Assembly: GCA_963676915.2 (NCBI GenBank)
Contig: CAXXVK010000067.1
Location: 96,001 to 160,000 of the forward strand
DNA length: 64,000 bases
Direction of reading: 5' to 3'
Origin: Myxococcota bacterium
GTDB taxonomy: Bacteria; Myxococcota_A; SURF-8; G963663525
The first letter of the stretch is position 1. Every line of letters starts with the position of its first letter. Position numbers and translations under genes: made by a program. Positions 53,648-64,000 of the stretch are shown here, in pieces. Below the pieces are notes generated by a model, which saw nothing but the letters and a program-made list of their open reading frames with translations, ran no database searches and was not told the DNA's origin.

Positions 53648-56600
53648 ATGATGGCTAACCCTAGAGATATTGAATCTACCCCCATTCAGCCTAAAATTTC
53701 TCTCGGGCGCATTTTCATAAGAAGCGCCGCTCTCTTTTTTCCTTTTATAGGGATTTTCGGCGGGCTGCTGTTCTGGATTTATTTTCAGCAGTACCAAGTG
53801 GAAATCAGCCGTCTGATAGAAAGAGAGCAAGCCGGTATCGACGTTGTTGAACGGGTGATTAAAAGAGATTTCAAGGCTGCGATCAAAGACTTGGTGAAGA
53901 TCTCTCAAAATGACGATACAATTCACGCCGTATGCGACAAAGATTCAGAAGCCCAATCGCGAGTTGCTCATTATCTTTCCTCCGCCGTAGAACTACGTGG
54001 CATTTACGACCAGGCCAGGCTCATCGATAGCAACGGTGACGAAATTGTACGTGTGGACTTCCCTGATAACCGAGCAAAAATATATGCTCCCGAAGAATTA
54101 CAGAACAAGCGGCTTCGAACGTATTTCAAGGAGACAAGAAAACTCCAAAAAGGTGAAGTTTATATTTCGCGTTTCGATCTGAATGTCGAGCACGGCCAAG
54201 TCGAACGACCGTTCAAGCCAGTCATTCGACTGGCTACCCCGGTTTTTAATCATAACGACGAGAAAATGGGGATCGTGGTCCTCAACTATCATGGAGACAA
54301 TATTTTCAACGAGATGACGAACACAGAGCGGCGTCGCCTGAGCCGATTTCTACTTGTAAATAGTGAAGGTTTCTACCTGCGGGGATTCAATGACAACGAC
54401 ACATGGGGATTCCAACTAAAGGGACGGGCCGAAAAGCGTTTTCAAGTCAGGTTTCCATCTGAATGGGAGACCATACTAAAGGAACGTGACGGTAAACAAT
54501 TTACCTCAGAAGGTTTGCTGATTTATCATTCCGTTCAGCCTAGTAAGGAAGCCGCAGCGATTTTGACGGAGTTGGGTTTTTCACAGACTTACAATGTTGC
54601 TCCAATCGGTGAAAAGGACTGGATTCTCGTTTCCTTCTTGCCGTCACAAACCTTGTTTGGCCAAGTCTCCACAACAATGAAAGTTTTTCGGGTATTTCTG
54701 ATCCTGCTATTCTCCGTATTCGGTTTTCTTTTGTTTACAGGCTCGTTTTTTCTGGCATATTTTCGACTGCGTCAACTCGAATCACTTTCTATGGCTCGAC
54801 AAATGGCGTTATTCCCCGAGTTCAACCCTGGTCCAACTATCCGGTTGAATAGCCAAGGGAGTGTGGTCGTGGCGAATCCGCAATCCCGCGCCCTATTTGG
54901 CATGAACCCGACGGGTCAATCATGGGACGCATTAAGAGAAAAGTATATTGATCGCGATAAGGCAATTCCTGGTGACTCCGGCGTTCAGGAAGAGTGGGTC
55001 ATCGATGAACGCACGTTTCTCATGACCTACCGCCCAGATGAGGAATCCCAGGATGTTTACATTTACGGTCTGGATATTTCGGAGCGCAAAGCTTTTTCCA
55101 ACCAGGTTCAGGAAAACGAAAAGCGTCTTCGAGCTATTATGGAGTTGGCGGCGGACGCGATCGTCACCATTGATGACAAGGGAGAAATACTCGATTTCAA
55201 TCAAACCGCAGAAAAATATTTCGGATACACATCCAGCGAAATCATCGGTCGGAACGTTTCAATATTAACCCCAGAACCTTTTCGTAGCAACCACGATGAA
55301 TATATCAAGCGTTATTTAGAAACCGGTCAAAGCCGAATCATCGGTCACCCACGAGAAGTCGAAGCAATAAGAAAAGATGGCTCGATTTTCCCCGGAGATC
55401 TTAGTATTACAGAGGTGAAACTTGAAGGGAAACGGCAGTTTACGGGTATTCTCAGAGATATCACGGGACGAAAAAAGTTTGAGCAAGATCTCCTTCTATT
55501 CCGTATGTTGTTGGAGCATTCAACGGATTCCATTTACATTGTTGATCCGCAAACGTCCATGGTTCTCGATGCCAACCGCACGGCTTGTGACAGTTTGGGG
55601 TATTTAGCCGAAGAATTGAAAACCAAACCAGTTACCGATATTGATACGCAGTACACCGATGCTAAATTCTGGCAAAAACACGTGGACGAACTCAAAGATA
55701 TCGGATCATTGACGTTTGACGGATTTCATCGACGAAAGAATGGTAGCCTTTTACCGGTTGAAGTCAGTGTGCGCTATATCAAACTGGGAGAATATGATCG
55801 CATTCTCGCTATCGCTCGTGATATTACCGATCGGAAACGCACGGAACGGATGGTTACAAGACTGGGACGAATCCTTGACGGTTCATTGAATGAAGTGTTC
55901 ATATTTGACTCCTCAACATTCCAGTTTATCCAAGTCAGCCAGGGGGCTATGCAAAATCTGGGTTACAGTTTGGAAGAGTTGCAAACGATGACCCCAATAG
56001 ATATCAAGCCTGAGTACAGCCTGGAGCAATTCCACTTGCTAGTGGAACCGTTATTTAATGAAAAGGAACAACTCGTTGCTTTCGAAACGATCCATCGGCG
56101 CAAAGATGGCACCTATTACCCGGTGGATATTCGTCTGCAGTTATCCAGAAAAGAAGATCCGCCAGTGTTCATTGCCATTGTGCAGGATATAACGGAACGA
56201 AAGGAAGCGGAAAATCGGCTCAGAGACAGTGAGGAGCGTTATCGTCTGGCTCAGAAAGCCTCACGGATAGGAAGCTGGGAGTTCAATCTGGAAAACAATT
56301 CCATCAGTTGGTCACCGGAGGCGTATGCCATCTTTAGCGTTAAAAGGGAGGAATTCGAACTGACATATGATTCGTATAGGAGCCTGATTCACCCTGACGA
56401 TATACAGTTAATTCAAGAGCGACTGGATACAACTCTGGAAACCGGTGTGGAATACGCTGTGGAGCACCGCATCGTTTGTATGGATGGTTCTGTTCGCTGG
56501 ATATACAGTACAGGTGATATTTTCCGCGATGACAAAGGTGAAATAAAAAAACTTATTGGTGTCGTAATGGACATCAGCGAGCGGAAACGTTCTGAGGAAG

Positions 56601-58429
56601 CTTTACGCGCCAGTGAAAAATGGTTTTCGACCACTCTAGAAAGTATCGGTGACGCGGTTATTGGGACGGACGTTCATCAGCGCGTCACCTATATGAACCA
56701 GATCGCATGTGATCTGACGGGGTGGTCGATGGAAGACGCCCATGGAAAAAAAATCAGCGAGGTGATGGATCTTGTAAACAATGAGGATCGTAGTTTCGTG
56801 TTCAGCCCTGTAAAAAAAGCCCTCCAGGAAATGAAAAGTGTGAATCTAGAGGAAAATACACTGCTTGTTCGCAAAGATGGACAAGAGATACCAATTGATG
56901 ACAGTGCTGCACCCATTCTGGTCAAAGATGGAGAATTGCTGGGTGCCGTGATGGTCTTCCGAGATGTAACAAAACGTAAAGAGGCTGAAGCGGAGATGAT
57001 AAAAGCCAAGGAAACTGCCGAGTCTGCCAACCGGGCAAAAAGCATGTTTCTTGCCAATATGTCGCATGAGATTCGAACCCCACTCAACGCGATCCTAGGG
57101 TTTACTCAACTCCTCCATCGGGATAAAGATTTGACCCAAAGGCATCGTAAGGATGTGAGAACCATCCATCGTAGCGGCGAACACCTGCTGAACCTGATCA
57201 ACGACATTTTGGAGATGTCCAAAATCGAAGCGGGCAAGGTGACTCTCAACCTCAAGACATTTAATCTACACAATCTGATCGAAGATTTAGGTTTGATGTT
57301 CCGCCCCAAAGCCGAAGCGAAAGGGTTGACATTCGTCGTTGAAAAAGCTGAAAACATCCCACTTTATGGGATAATGGACGAAGGCAAGTTACGCCAGATT
57401 ATCATCAATTTGTTGGGAAATGCAGTTAAGTTTACTGAAACCGGCAGAATAACTTTGCGGGTTTCATATGAAAATCTGCAAGAAAAATCCGACTGGTTCC
57501 GCTTGGTAATTGAAGTCGATGATACAGGCCCCGGCATCTCCGAGGAGGAACGAAAAAATCTCTTTAAAAGCTTTCAGCAAGCCAAAGCCGGCCTTAAGGC
57601 TGGAGGTACTGGACTGGGGCTTGCAATAAGTCGTGAATTTGCACGCATGATGGGTGGAGACATCTCTGTGCGAAGTCAGGTTGGAAAAGGCAGCTGTTTT
57701 AGGTTTGAGATTGAAATGCAAACCGGCAAGGACATTGTGGATGAAAAGCAACATGAGTATCGGCATATCGCAAAAGTGACATCGGAATCCGGGCAGCCAA
57801 GAGCCTTGATTGTGGACGACCATGTGGATAATCGTGTTTTACTACGAGCGCTTCTTGGTCCGGTTGGATTTGAAATTGATGAAGCGGCCAACGGGTTGGA
57901 AGCTTTAGAGCTTTGGAAACGAACCTCTCCGGATGTTATTTTTATGGATATGCGTATGCCGGAAATGGACGGGTACGAAGCTACACGAAAAATCAAGGGA
58001 ACAGCGGCAGGAAAAAATATTCCCATCATTGCTGTTACCGCCTCTGCCTTGGAAGAAGATGTTGATCAAGTGATGGAAGCCGGAGTGGATGCCTATATCC
58101 GTAAGCCTTTTCGTGAGGAGGAGATTTTCGAAGCTCTTGTGAGATTGCTGAACATTCATTTTATCTTCGAAAAAGAGGTGAGCGTCGAAATTTCCATTGA
58201 TCCTGAAACGATGGTTTCGACACCAGAGGATTTGGATAAACTTCCCGAGGAGTTGATTCGCTCTATGAGAGAATCTTTGGAAGAAGGGGATATGGCCAGT
58301 TTTTCGGAAAAGATCAAACAAGCAGAGGATATTGCCCCTGAAATAGCCCTCTTTCTGAAAAAACTTGCCGATCAATATGATTACGGAAGTTTGGACGAGA
58401 TTCTGAATCAAAAAAGAGGTCAAGAATGA
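53648..58429 (+). CDS. Membrane hybrid histidine kinase (Cache, multiple PAS, HisKA, HATPase, REC)
   Basis: Two TMs flanking a Cache-like domain; several ...DIT(E/D)RK PAS/PAC ends; FLANMSHEIRTPLN; NAVKFT; GTGLGLAI; REC FMDMRMPEMDG. Confidence 0.93.
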   Translation: MMANPRDIESTPIQPKISLGRIFIRSAALFFPFIGIFGGLLFWIYFQQYQVEISRLIEREQAGIDVVERVIKRDFKAAIKDLVKISQNDDTIHAVCDKDSEAQSRVAHYLSSAVELRGIYDQARLIDSNGDEIVRVDFPDNRAKIYAPEELQNKRLRTYFKETRKLQKGEVYISRFDLNVEHGQVERPFKPVIRLATPVFNHNDEKMGIVVLNYHGDNIFNEMTNTERRRLSRFLLVNSEGFYLRGFNDNDTWGFQLKGRAEKRFQVRFPSEWETILKERDGKQFTSEGLLIYHSVQPSKEAAAILTELGFSQTYNVAPIGEKDWILVSFLPSQTLFGQVSTTMKVFRVFLILLFSVFGFLLFTGSFFLAYFRLRQLESLSMARQMALFPEFNPGPTIRLNSQGSVVVANPQSRALFGMNPTGQSWDALREKYIDRDKAIPGDSGVQEEWVIDERTFLMTYRPDEESQDVYIYGLDISERKAFSNQVQENEKRLRAIMELAADAIVTIDDKGEILDFNQTAEKYFGYTSSEIIGRNVSILTPEPFRSNHDEYIKRYLETGQSRIIGHPREVEAIRKDGSIFPGDLSITEVKLEGKRQFTGILRDITGRKKFEQDLLLFRMLLEHSTDSIYIVDPQTSMVLDANRTACDSLGYLAEELKTKPVTDIDTQYTDAKFWQKHVDELKDIGSLTFDGFHRRKNGSLLPVEVSVRYIKLGEYDRILAIARDITDRKRTERMVTRLGRILDGSLNEVFIFDSSTFQFIQVSQGAMQNLGYSLEELQTMTPIDIKPEYSLEQFHLLVEPLFNEKEQLVAFETIHRRKDGTYYPVDIRLQLSRKEDPPVFIAIVQDITERKEAENRLRDSEERYRLAQKASRIGSWEFNLENNSISWSPEAYAIFSVKREEFELTYDSYRSLIHPDDIQLIQERLDTTLETGVEYAVEHRIVCMDGSVRWIYSTGDIFRDDKGEIKKLIGVVMDISERKRSEEALRASEKWFSTTLESIGDAVIGTDVHQRVTYMNQIACDLTGWSMEDAHGKKISEVMDLVNNEDRSFVFSPVKKALQEMKSVNLEENTLLVRKDGQEIPIDDSAAPILVKDGELLGAVMVFRDVTKRKEAEAEMIKAKETAESANRAKSMFLANMSHEIRTPLNAILGFTQLLHRDKDLTQRHRKDVRTIHRSGEHLLNLINDILEMSKIEAGKVTLNLKTFNLHNLIEDLGLMFRPKAEAKGLTFVVEKAENIPLYGIMDEGKLRQIIINLLGNAVKFTETGRITLRVSYENLQEKSDWFRLVIEVDDTGPGISEEERKNLFKSFQQAKAGLKAGGTGLGLAISREFARMMGGDISVRSQVGKGSCFRFEIEMQTGKDIVDEKQHEYRHIAKVTSESGQPRALIVDDHVDNRVLLRALLGPVGFEIDEAANGLEALELWKRTSPDVIFMDMRMPEMDGYEATRKIKGTAAGKNIPIIAVTASALEEDVDQVMEAGVDAYIRKPFREEEIFEALVRLLNIHFIFEKEVSVEISIDPETMVSTPEDLDKLPEELIRSMRESLEEGDMASFSEKIKQAEDIAPEIALFLKKLADQYDYGSLDEILNQKRGQE

Positions 58430-59521
58430 GGTCCGAAAATCAGACATCGACCATTATGGTGGTTGACGATGTCCCAGCCAACTTGAAACTATTGGAAAGC
58501 ATGTTGCAGGCGCAAAGCTATCGTGTCGTTGCCTTTCCCCGTGGAGCTCTCGCGCTCAAGGCTGCGGATAAAAATCCACCCGATTTGATCCTGTTGGATA
58601 TCAATATGCCTGAAATGGACGGCTATGAAGTCTGTGAACGTTTAAAAGAAGACGAGCGGTTGAAGGATATCCCCGTGTTGTTTATCAGCGCACTTTCGGA
58701 GACTCTCGACAAGGTGAAGGCCTTCACTGCGGGTGGCGTGGACTATATCACCAAACCGTTTCAGTTCGAGGAGGTTCTTGCTCGAGTAGAAACGCACCTG
58801 CATTTAAGAAAACTTCAGCACGAACTGCAACGACACAATAAGCATCTGGGTGAACTCGTCGAGGAGCAGGTGAGGGAGATCTCCGATTCCCAGATGGCAA
58901 CGATCTTCGCACTAGCCAAGCTCGCCGAGTCGCGGGATGACGATACCGGCCAGCACATTGAGCGAACGAGTATTTTTTGCAAACGGCTGGCTCAGACTCT
59001 ACAAAAAAAATCCCAAATATGCCCATAAAATCGATGAAGTATACATCAACAATATCTATCACGCAGCACCACTCCACGATATCGGAAAGGTAGCGATAGC
59101 CGATAGCATCCTGCTGAAGCCGGGAAAACTCACCGACGAAGAGTTCCTCGTCATGAAAACCCATGTCGCGATCGGAGCGCAGACGCTGGAATCGGTTTAC
59201 GTCCAATATCCACGAAACACCTTTCTTGAAGTCGGAATTACCATAGCCCGGTCGCATCACGAAAAATGGGACGGCAGCGGGTATCCGGAAGGTTTGAAGG
59301 GAGATGATATTCCGTTGAGCGGTCGCATTATGGCGCTGGCGGATGTCTACGACGCCCTGCGCTCGAAACGAGTCTATAAAGAAGCATTCAGCCACGAAAA
59401 AACGTGCAATATTCTGCGCGAAGGTTCCGGGACACACTTCGACCCGGCAGTCATCGACGCCTTTCTGAGCATTGAAGCCGAGTTCGCCGAGATCCGCGAC
59501 AGAATGGACGACAACCAGTAG
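58426..59521 (+). pseudogene. REC + HD-GYP (RpfG-like) response regulator split by a +1 frameshift in an A8 run
   Basis: REC-linker-ESRDDDTGQH in frame 58426..59028; LHDIGK, HHEKWDGSGYP and ADVYDAL in frame 58937..59521; deleting one A at 59003-59010 joins them (...LQKNPKYAHK...). Confidence 0.85.
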
Positions 59522-59540
59522 AAACAAAGGATCCAGACTG

Positions 59541-60638
59541 ATGATGAATAAAAAAGCAACGATCATGGTGGTTGACGACGTCCCAGCCAACTTGAAACTA
59601 TTGGAAAGCATGTTGCAAGCGCAAAACTATCGTGTCGTCGCTTTTCCCAAAGGCGCCCTCGCGCTCAAGGCTGCGCATAAGAATCCACCCGACCTGATCC
59701 TGTTGGATATCAATATGCCCGAAATGGACGGCTATGAAGTCTGTGAACGTTTAAAAGAAGACGAGCGGTTGAAAGATATCCCCGTGCTGTTTATCAGCGC
59801 ACTGTCAGAGACGCTTGACAAGGTGAAAGCCTTCAACGCCGGTGGTGTGGACTATGTAACCAAACCATTTCAGTTCGAGGAGGTTCACGCTCGAGTTGAA
59901 ACGCATTTGGAACTCTACTTGAAAAAGCATGAGCTTCAGGATGCCTACGATAAACTCAAAGAATTGGAAACAATGCGAGACAACTTGGTGCACATGATCG
60001 TTCACGATATGCGCACACCGCTCCAAGGTATTTCAGGATTTTTGGAATTGGCACAATTGTCTCCGCTGCCGGAAAAGGTGAATGGATATATCAATGTCTC
60101 TTTGGACTCGGCCAATGTGCTGCTTGATATGGTGACTTCTCTTCTCGATGTCAGCAAGATGGAGTCAGGACAAATGACACCTGATCTGTCTCCCAACGAT
60201 ATCGGAGTGATTCTGATGGAAATTTACCAGAAATTCGACCTTATCAAAGGTCAACGTACTATGCTTGTAAGCAAGCCAGATGAGGCAGTGATCGTGCCCT
60301 GCGATTCCAGCTTGATCCAACGTGTTGTTCAGAACCTGGTCAGTAACGCCTTCAAGTTCACAGATAAAGAAGATGGCGCTATAGAATTGAGCATTGAGCC
60401 AAAGGAAAAGACCGTTCGAGTTTCCATCTCTGATAACGGTGACGGCATTTCTGAAGAACATCAGAAGAATATATTTGACAAATTTTACCAGGTCGAAGCC
60501 CGCAAGCAGGGGAAGGCACACTCAACCGGACTTGGGTTGACCTTTTGTAAACTAGCCGTTGAAGCTCATGGTGGGAACATCGGTGTCAATAGCAAACCTC
60601 ACCATGGAACGACCTTCTGGTTTGAGTTGCCTGTTTGA
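59541..60638 (+). CDS. REC-HisKA-HATPase hybrid response regulator/kinase
   Basis: REC LLDINMPEMDG; VHDMRTPL; NAFKFT; STGLGLTFC. Confidence 0.92.
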   Translation: MMNKKATIMVVDDVPANLKLLESMLQAQNYRVVAFPKGALALKAAHKNPPDLILLDINMPEMDGYEVCERLKEDERLKDIPVLFISALSETLDKVKAFNAGGVDYVTKPFQFEEVHARVETHLELYLKKHELQDAYDKLKELETMRDNLVHMIVHDMRTPLQGISGFLELAQLSPLPEKVNGYINVSLDSANVLLDMVTSLLDVSKMESGQMTPDLSPNDIGVILMEIYQKFDLIKGQRTMLVSKPDEAVIVPCDSSLIQRVVQNLVSNAFKFTDKEDGAIELSIEPKEKTVRVSISDNGDGISEEHQKNIFDKFYQVEARKQGKAHSTGLGLTFCKLAVEAHGGNIGVNSKPHHGTTFWFELPV

Positions 60639-60775
60639 CAAAAACTGTCCCTGTTGTCATGCCTGAAGGCTTGGCTATGGGTATGATGTCCACGTTGTAG
60701 AAATTGTGGGTTTATTGAATAGTGCCGAACGATAGCTTGAAGTCAAAGTGTCAATGGTTAAGGCAAATAGTTTTA

Positions 60776-63700
60776 TCAGCTATCCAATACCTGCCTCACC
60801 TTTCTAGCCAATTGTGTGGGTTTGAACGGCTTCTGAATAAAATTTGTCCCTTTGTCAAGCACACCATGGTGTGCAATCGCATTTTCAGTATAGCCGGACA
60901 TGTAAAGAACTTTTAGACTGGGATTGAACTTGATCAATCTTTCATATAGTTCCTTCCCGCCCATGGTAGGCATGACAACATCTGTCAAAAGCAGGTCGAT
61001 CTGATCTTCGTATTCTTCAAATTTGACATAGGCCTTGCCGCCATTTTCAGCTTCGATTACTTTGTAGCCTTTCTCCTGCATAACACGCACCGCTAACTTT
61101 CGGACGATAGCTTGATCCTCAACTAAAAGAATCGTTTCTTTTCCCGATGTGTCGGTAAGTTCCTCAGGTTTTTGAATTGCTTCGGCTTTTTCGTGGACAA
61201 TCGGCAAATATATTTTAAAGGTTGTCCCTTTGCCAAGTTCCGAGTAGACGTTGATGTGTCCTTTATTCTGATGGACGATGCCGTGAATCGTCGACAACCC
61301 CAGACCTGTGCCTTTTCCTCTTGCTTTCGTAGTGAAGAATGGCTCGAAAATGCTTTTTATGGTATCGGAGTCCATACCGCTACCGTCGTCGCTTACCGCG
61401 ACCATGACAAAATCTCCCTCGATGGAATATCCACAGGTCTGACATTTCTTTTCATCAAGCGACACGCGTTTCGTTTCAATGGTAAGTTTGCCTCCTTTAG
61501 GCATTGCGTCTCTCGAATTTACAGCCAGATTAATCAGTACTTGATCGATTTGCCCTGTGTCGACTAAGACTTTTCCTATATTCTTATCCGGGACAAAAAC
61601 GAAGTCTATATCCTCTCCGATAATCCTGCGTAGCATCCTTTCAGATTCAGAAACGATCTGATTCAAGTTTACGACTTTGGGTGAAATAATCTGCTTGCGC
61701 GAGAAAGCCAAAAGCTGGTTTGTCAAAGCCGCAGCGGTATCGGCAGCCTGCTGGATCTGGTTTACATCCTTTTTTAGAGGATCTTCCGGGCTTAACGAAG
61801 ATTGAATGAATTCAGAAAACCCCGTAATTGCTGTCAGCAAGTTGTTAAAATCATGAGCGATTCCACCTGCAAGTCGACCGATGGATTCCATTTTCTGAGA
61901 TTGCAGAAGTTGGGATTGAAGTTTGTCTTTTTCTACTTCTATTCGATGTCTTTCGACAATCTGTCCAATCATTTTAGCCATAGAATCGCATCGGTTTTTC
62001 GCCACATTTATGATGAATTCAGGGCGAGGTTTATATTGCTTGGATAGCTCACGAACATACTCGGGATCCATCTTGAATTTTTTGGCCAGTTCAGCGATTG
62101 TCTTCTCGTCTCTCGGCGGGTTGGAATAGCCGATATTCATTGCACCGATAACCTCTTCTCCCGCACGAATGGGAACTGCATAAAGTCTGATTCCACCGAC
62201 GCATTCTATGTCGGTAGGTTCACCAGACTCTAACGCCGCTTTTGCAGAGTCCTGCCAACAGTTCTCATGACAAAGCCATTTTCCGCTCTCCAAAGCCTCT
62301 TTCGTATCGTTGCAATTACATAGCTTGAAAGAAGCATTGTCCATCGCCTGACACCAGGATGAGTGAAATGCACCATAGGCATAATCGCCATTGGCTTCGT
62401 ATATCGCTACACAAGTGTCCATGAGAACAAGAATATCTTGTGCCATGAGGGCAAGCGATTCTTTTCCAACTCCATCAAGAATTACTCTCGAGGTATTCAA
62501 ATTTACAGGATTTCTATACGCGGGGCGGAAAACATCATCAGAACCATTCAGCTTGGCTTTTTCCTTTTCTTGCAACCATTCGTAGCGACGTAGTTCTTTT
62601 TCCGCCAGTTTGCGCTTCGTGATATCCGCCGATACGATGGTGAAAAAGCTGCATTTGCCTTCATCGTTAAAAACCGGAATAATGCTATGATCCAGCCATA
62701 CTGCGTTTCCTTCAGAATCGCATGCGCGCGATTCAAACTCCACAATATTTCCTGTAGTCTTGACTGCCGAAAGACCTTCGATCAACATTTTACGGGCTTT
62801 ATCCGGAAAGAAATCAAATGGATAAGGCTTTCCGTAGAGGTCTTCAGTCTGTTCTAATTTAAATAATCGAAAGCCGTTAGCGCTCATGTATTGGAGGTTG
62901 AAATCAAGATCTATTTGTTTGTGGCATACCGGGGAATGGTCTATCAGAGACCGATAGCGCTTTTTCAAATCCCGTAATCTCTGTTCCGTTAATTTTTGCT
63001 CGGTGATATCCTGAGTTACACCCGTTCCACGTATGCATTCGCCATTAATATTGTACTCTAACTCAGCCTTTTCGCGAACCCATTTGACGTTTCCATTCAC
63101 TAAAATGCGATGTTCAATGTCATATGGTTGTTTATCGAAGGCTGCTTTCCAGTGCTTGTCCACATATTCTCTGTCATCAGGATGAACGCAGCTAAGGAAA
63201 GTTTCGTATGTCAGCTTTGTACCGTTCGGGAGTCCAAATATCCGATAGTTTTCAGGGGTCCATGTTAGCTTGTTCTTCTTGATATCAAGTTCCCATGTGC
63301 CGATTTTTCCGATTTCCTGAGCTTTTGAAAGAAACATCCTTTCTTTTTGCAAGTCTTCTTCTGATTTCTTTTTCTGGGTAATGTCTTCAAAAACGACGCA
63401 AAATCTGTCATTCGTATTCCAGGGGCGGTATACATGGCAATGGTAAAGCTTTTCTGTTGGCTTGTGGAACAAATCAAAAACTTGGGATTCTCCTGTCACA
63501 GCGACATGACCATATTTTTCTATCCATTCCTGTTCGGTTTCAGGCCATACTTCAAAAACAGTTTTACCTCGCACATCCTCATGCTTTACTCCCGTAATGT
63601 CTTCATACGCCTTGTTGATATATTCGAAACGATAGCTGATGAAGTTTCCTGTTTCGTCAAATACAGATTTGAAAATAACAAAAGCGTTGATCATGCTTTT

Positions 63701-64000
63701 GAGTAGCCAAGATTGTTCTTTAGCAAGTTCCTTGATGCTGTTTTGGATTATATTTCTCTCAGTAACATCCTGGGTGAATCCTAGATAACGATTTTTCGAA
63801 AGCCTTACAGCGTCCACTTGCCAGGATCGCCTCTCTTGTTTCTTTGTTGTGAATGAAACATCACCAGATGAATATCCAGTCTCAATAAGGCGGGTGAAAT
63901 GCTCTATGGCGGTGTCTTTATCTTCATCAGGTATCAAGTCTGATATGTGCATCGCTAGAAGTTCATCTTCTGTGTATCCTGTTATATTACAGGCAGCTCT
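60776..64000 (-). CDS. PAS/PocR hybrid histidine kinase (CckA-like HisKA-HATPase-REC); 5' end outside the window
   Basis: Frame open to 64000 (RAACNITGYTEDELLAMH...); several PAS domains; Cys-rich PocR-like segment; QSQKMESIGRLAGGIAHDFNN; FEPFFTTK; REC LLTDVVMP. Confidence 0.92.
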   Translation of the reverse strand, partial: RAACNITGYTEDELLAMHISDLIPDEDKDTAIEHFTRLIETGYSSGDVSFTTKKQERRSWQVDAVRLSKNRYLGFTQDVTERNIIQNSIKELAKEQSWLLKSMINAFVIFKSVFDETGNFISYRFEYINKAYEDITGVKHEDVRGKTVFEVWPETEQEWIEKYGHVAVTGESQVFDLFHKPTEKLYHCHVYRPWNTNDRFCVVFEDITQKKKSEEDLQKERMFLSKAQEIGKIGTWELDIKKNKLTWTPENYRIFGLPNGTKLTYETFLSCVHPDDREYVDKHWKAAFDKQPYDIEHRILVNGNVKWVREKAELEYNINGECIRGTGVTQDITEQKLTEQRLRDLKKRYRSLIDHSPVCHKQIDLDFNLQYMSANGFRLFKLEQTEDLYGKPYPFDFFPDKARKMLIEGLSAVKTTGNIVEFESRACDSEGNAVWLDHSIIPVFNDEGKCSFFTIVSADITKRKLAEKELRRYEWLQEKEKAKLNGSDDVFRPAYRNPVNLNTSRVILDGVGKESLALMAQDILVLMDTCVAIYEANGDYAYGAFHSSWCQAMDNASFKLCNCNDTKEALESGKWLCHENCWQDSAKAALESGEPTDIECVGGIRLYAVPIRAGEEVIGAMNIGYSNPPRDEKTIAELAKKFKMDPEYVRELSKQYKPRPEFIINVAKNRCDSMAKMIGQIVERHRIEVEKDKLQSQLLQSQKMESIGRLAGGIAHDFNNLLTAITGFSEFIQSSLSPEDPLKKDVNQIQQAADTAAALTNQLLAFSRKQIISPKVVNLNQIVSESERMLRRIIGEDIDFVFVPDKNIGKVLVDTGQIDQVLINLAVNSRDAMPKGGKLTIETKRVSLDEKKCQTCGYSIEGDFVMVAVSDDGSGMDSDTIKSIFEPFFTTKARGKGTGLGLSTIHGIVHQNKGHINVYSELGKGTTFKIYLPIVHEKAEAIQKPEELTDTSGKETILLVEDQAIVRKLAVRVMQEKGYKVIEAENGGKAYVKFEEYEDQIDLLLTDVVMPTMGGKELYERLIKFNPSLKVLYMSGYTENAIAHHGVLDKGTNFIQKPFKPTQLARKVRQVLDS

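Overview
Chromosomal core region of a bacterium that looks deltaproteobacterial (Myxococcota/Desulfobacterota-like); this is inferred from the rRNA sequence and gene repertoire, not from a database search. It holds a complete rrn operon (16S-tRNA-Ile-tRNA-Ala-23S-5S) behind three tandem promoters, housekeeping genes (recG, greA, parA, parB, apt, nadK, lspA, plsB, rluD-like), a wecA/GT4/rhomboid/heparinase-like cluster, TPR/CAP envelope proteins, an orphan PrkA, a lone AT-rich AbiJ/HEPN-like gene and a block of PAS hybrid kinases and response regulators. The strongest candidates for undescribed systems are: (1) a CDF metal-transporter-HflK fusion heading a CDF-HflK/HflC/HflK operon; (2) a nitrilase-RppH(Nudix) fusion analogous to NitFhit; and (3) a 1029-aa protein with a degenerate B12-radical-SAM module plus two intact radical-SAM domains, lying upstream of an unlisted TatA-like micro-ORF and an AI-2E permease. 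Two GTAG-type REP doublets and a MITE-like element lie in intergenic DNA. An extra base in the 16S 530 loop and an extra A that splits an HD-GYP regulator suggest homopolymer sequencing errors. Novelty cannot be confirmed without database searches.
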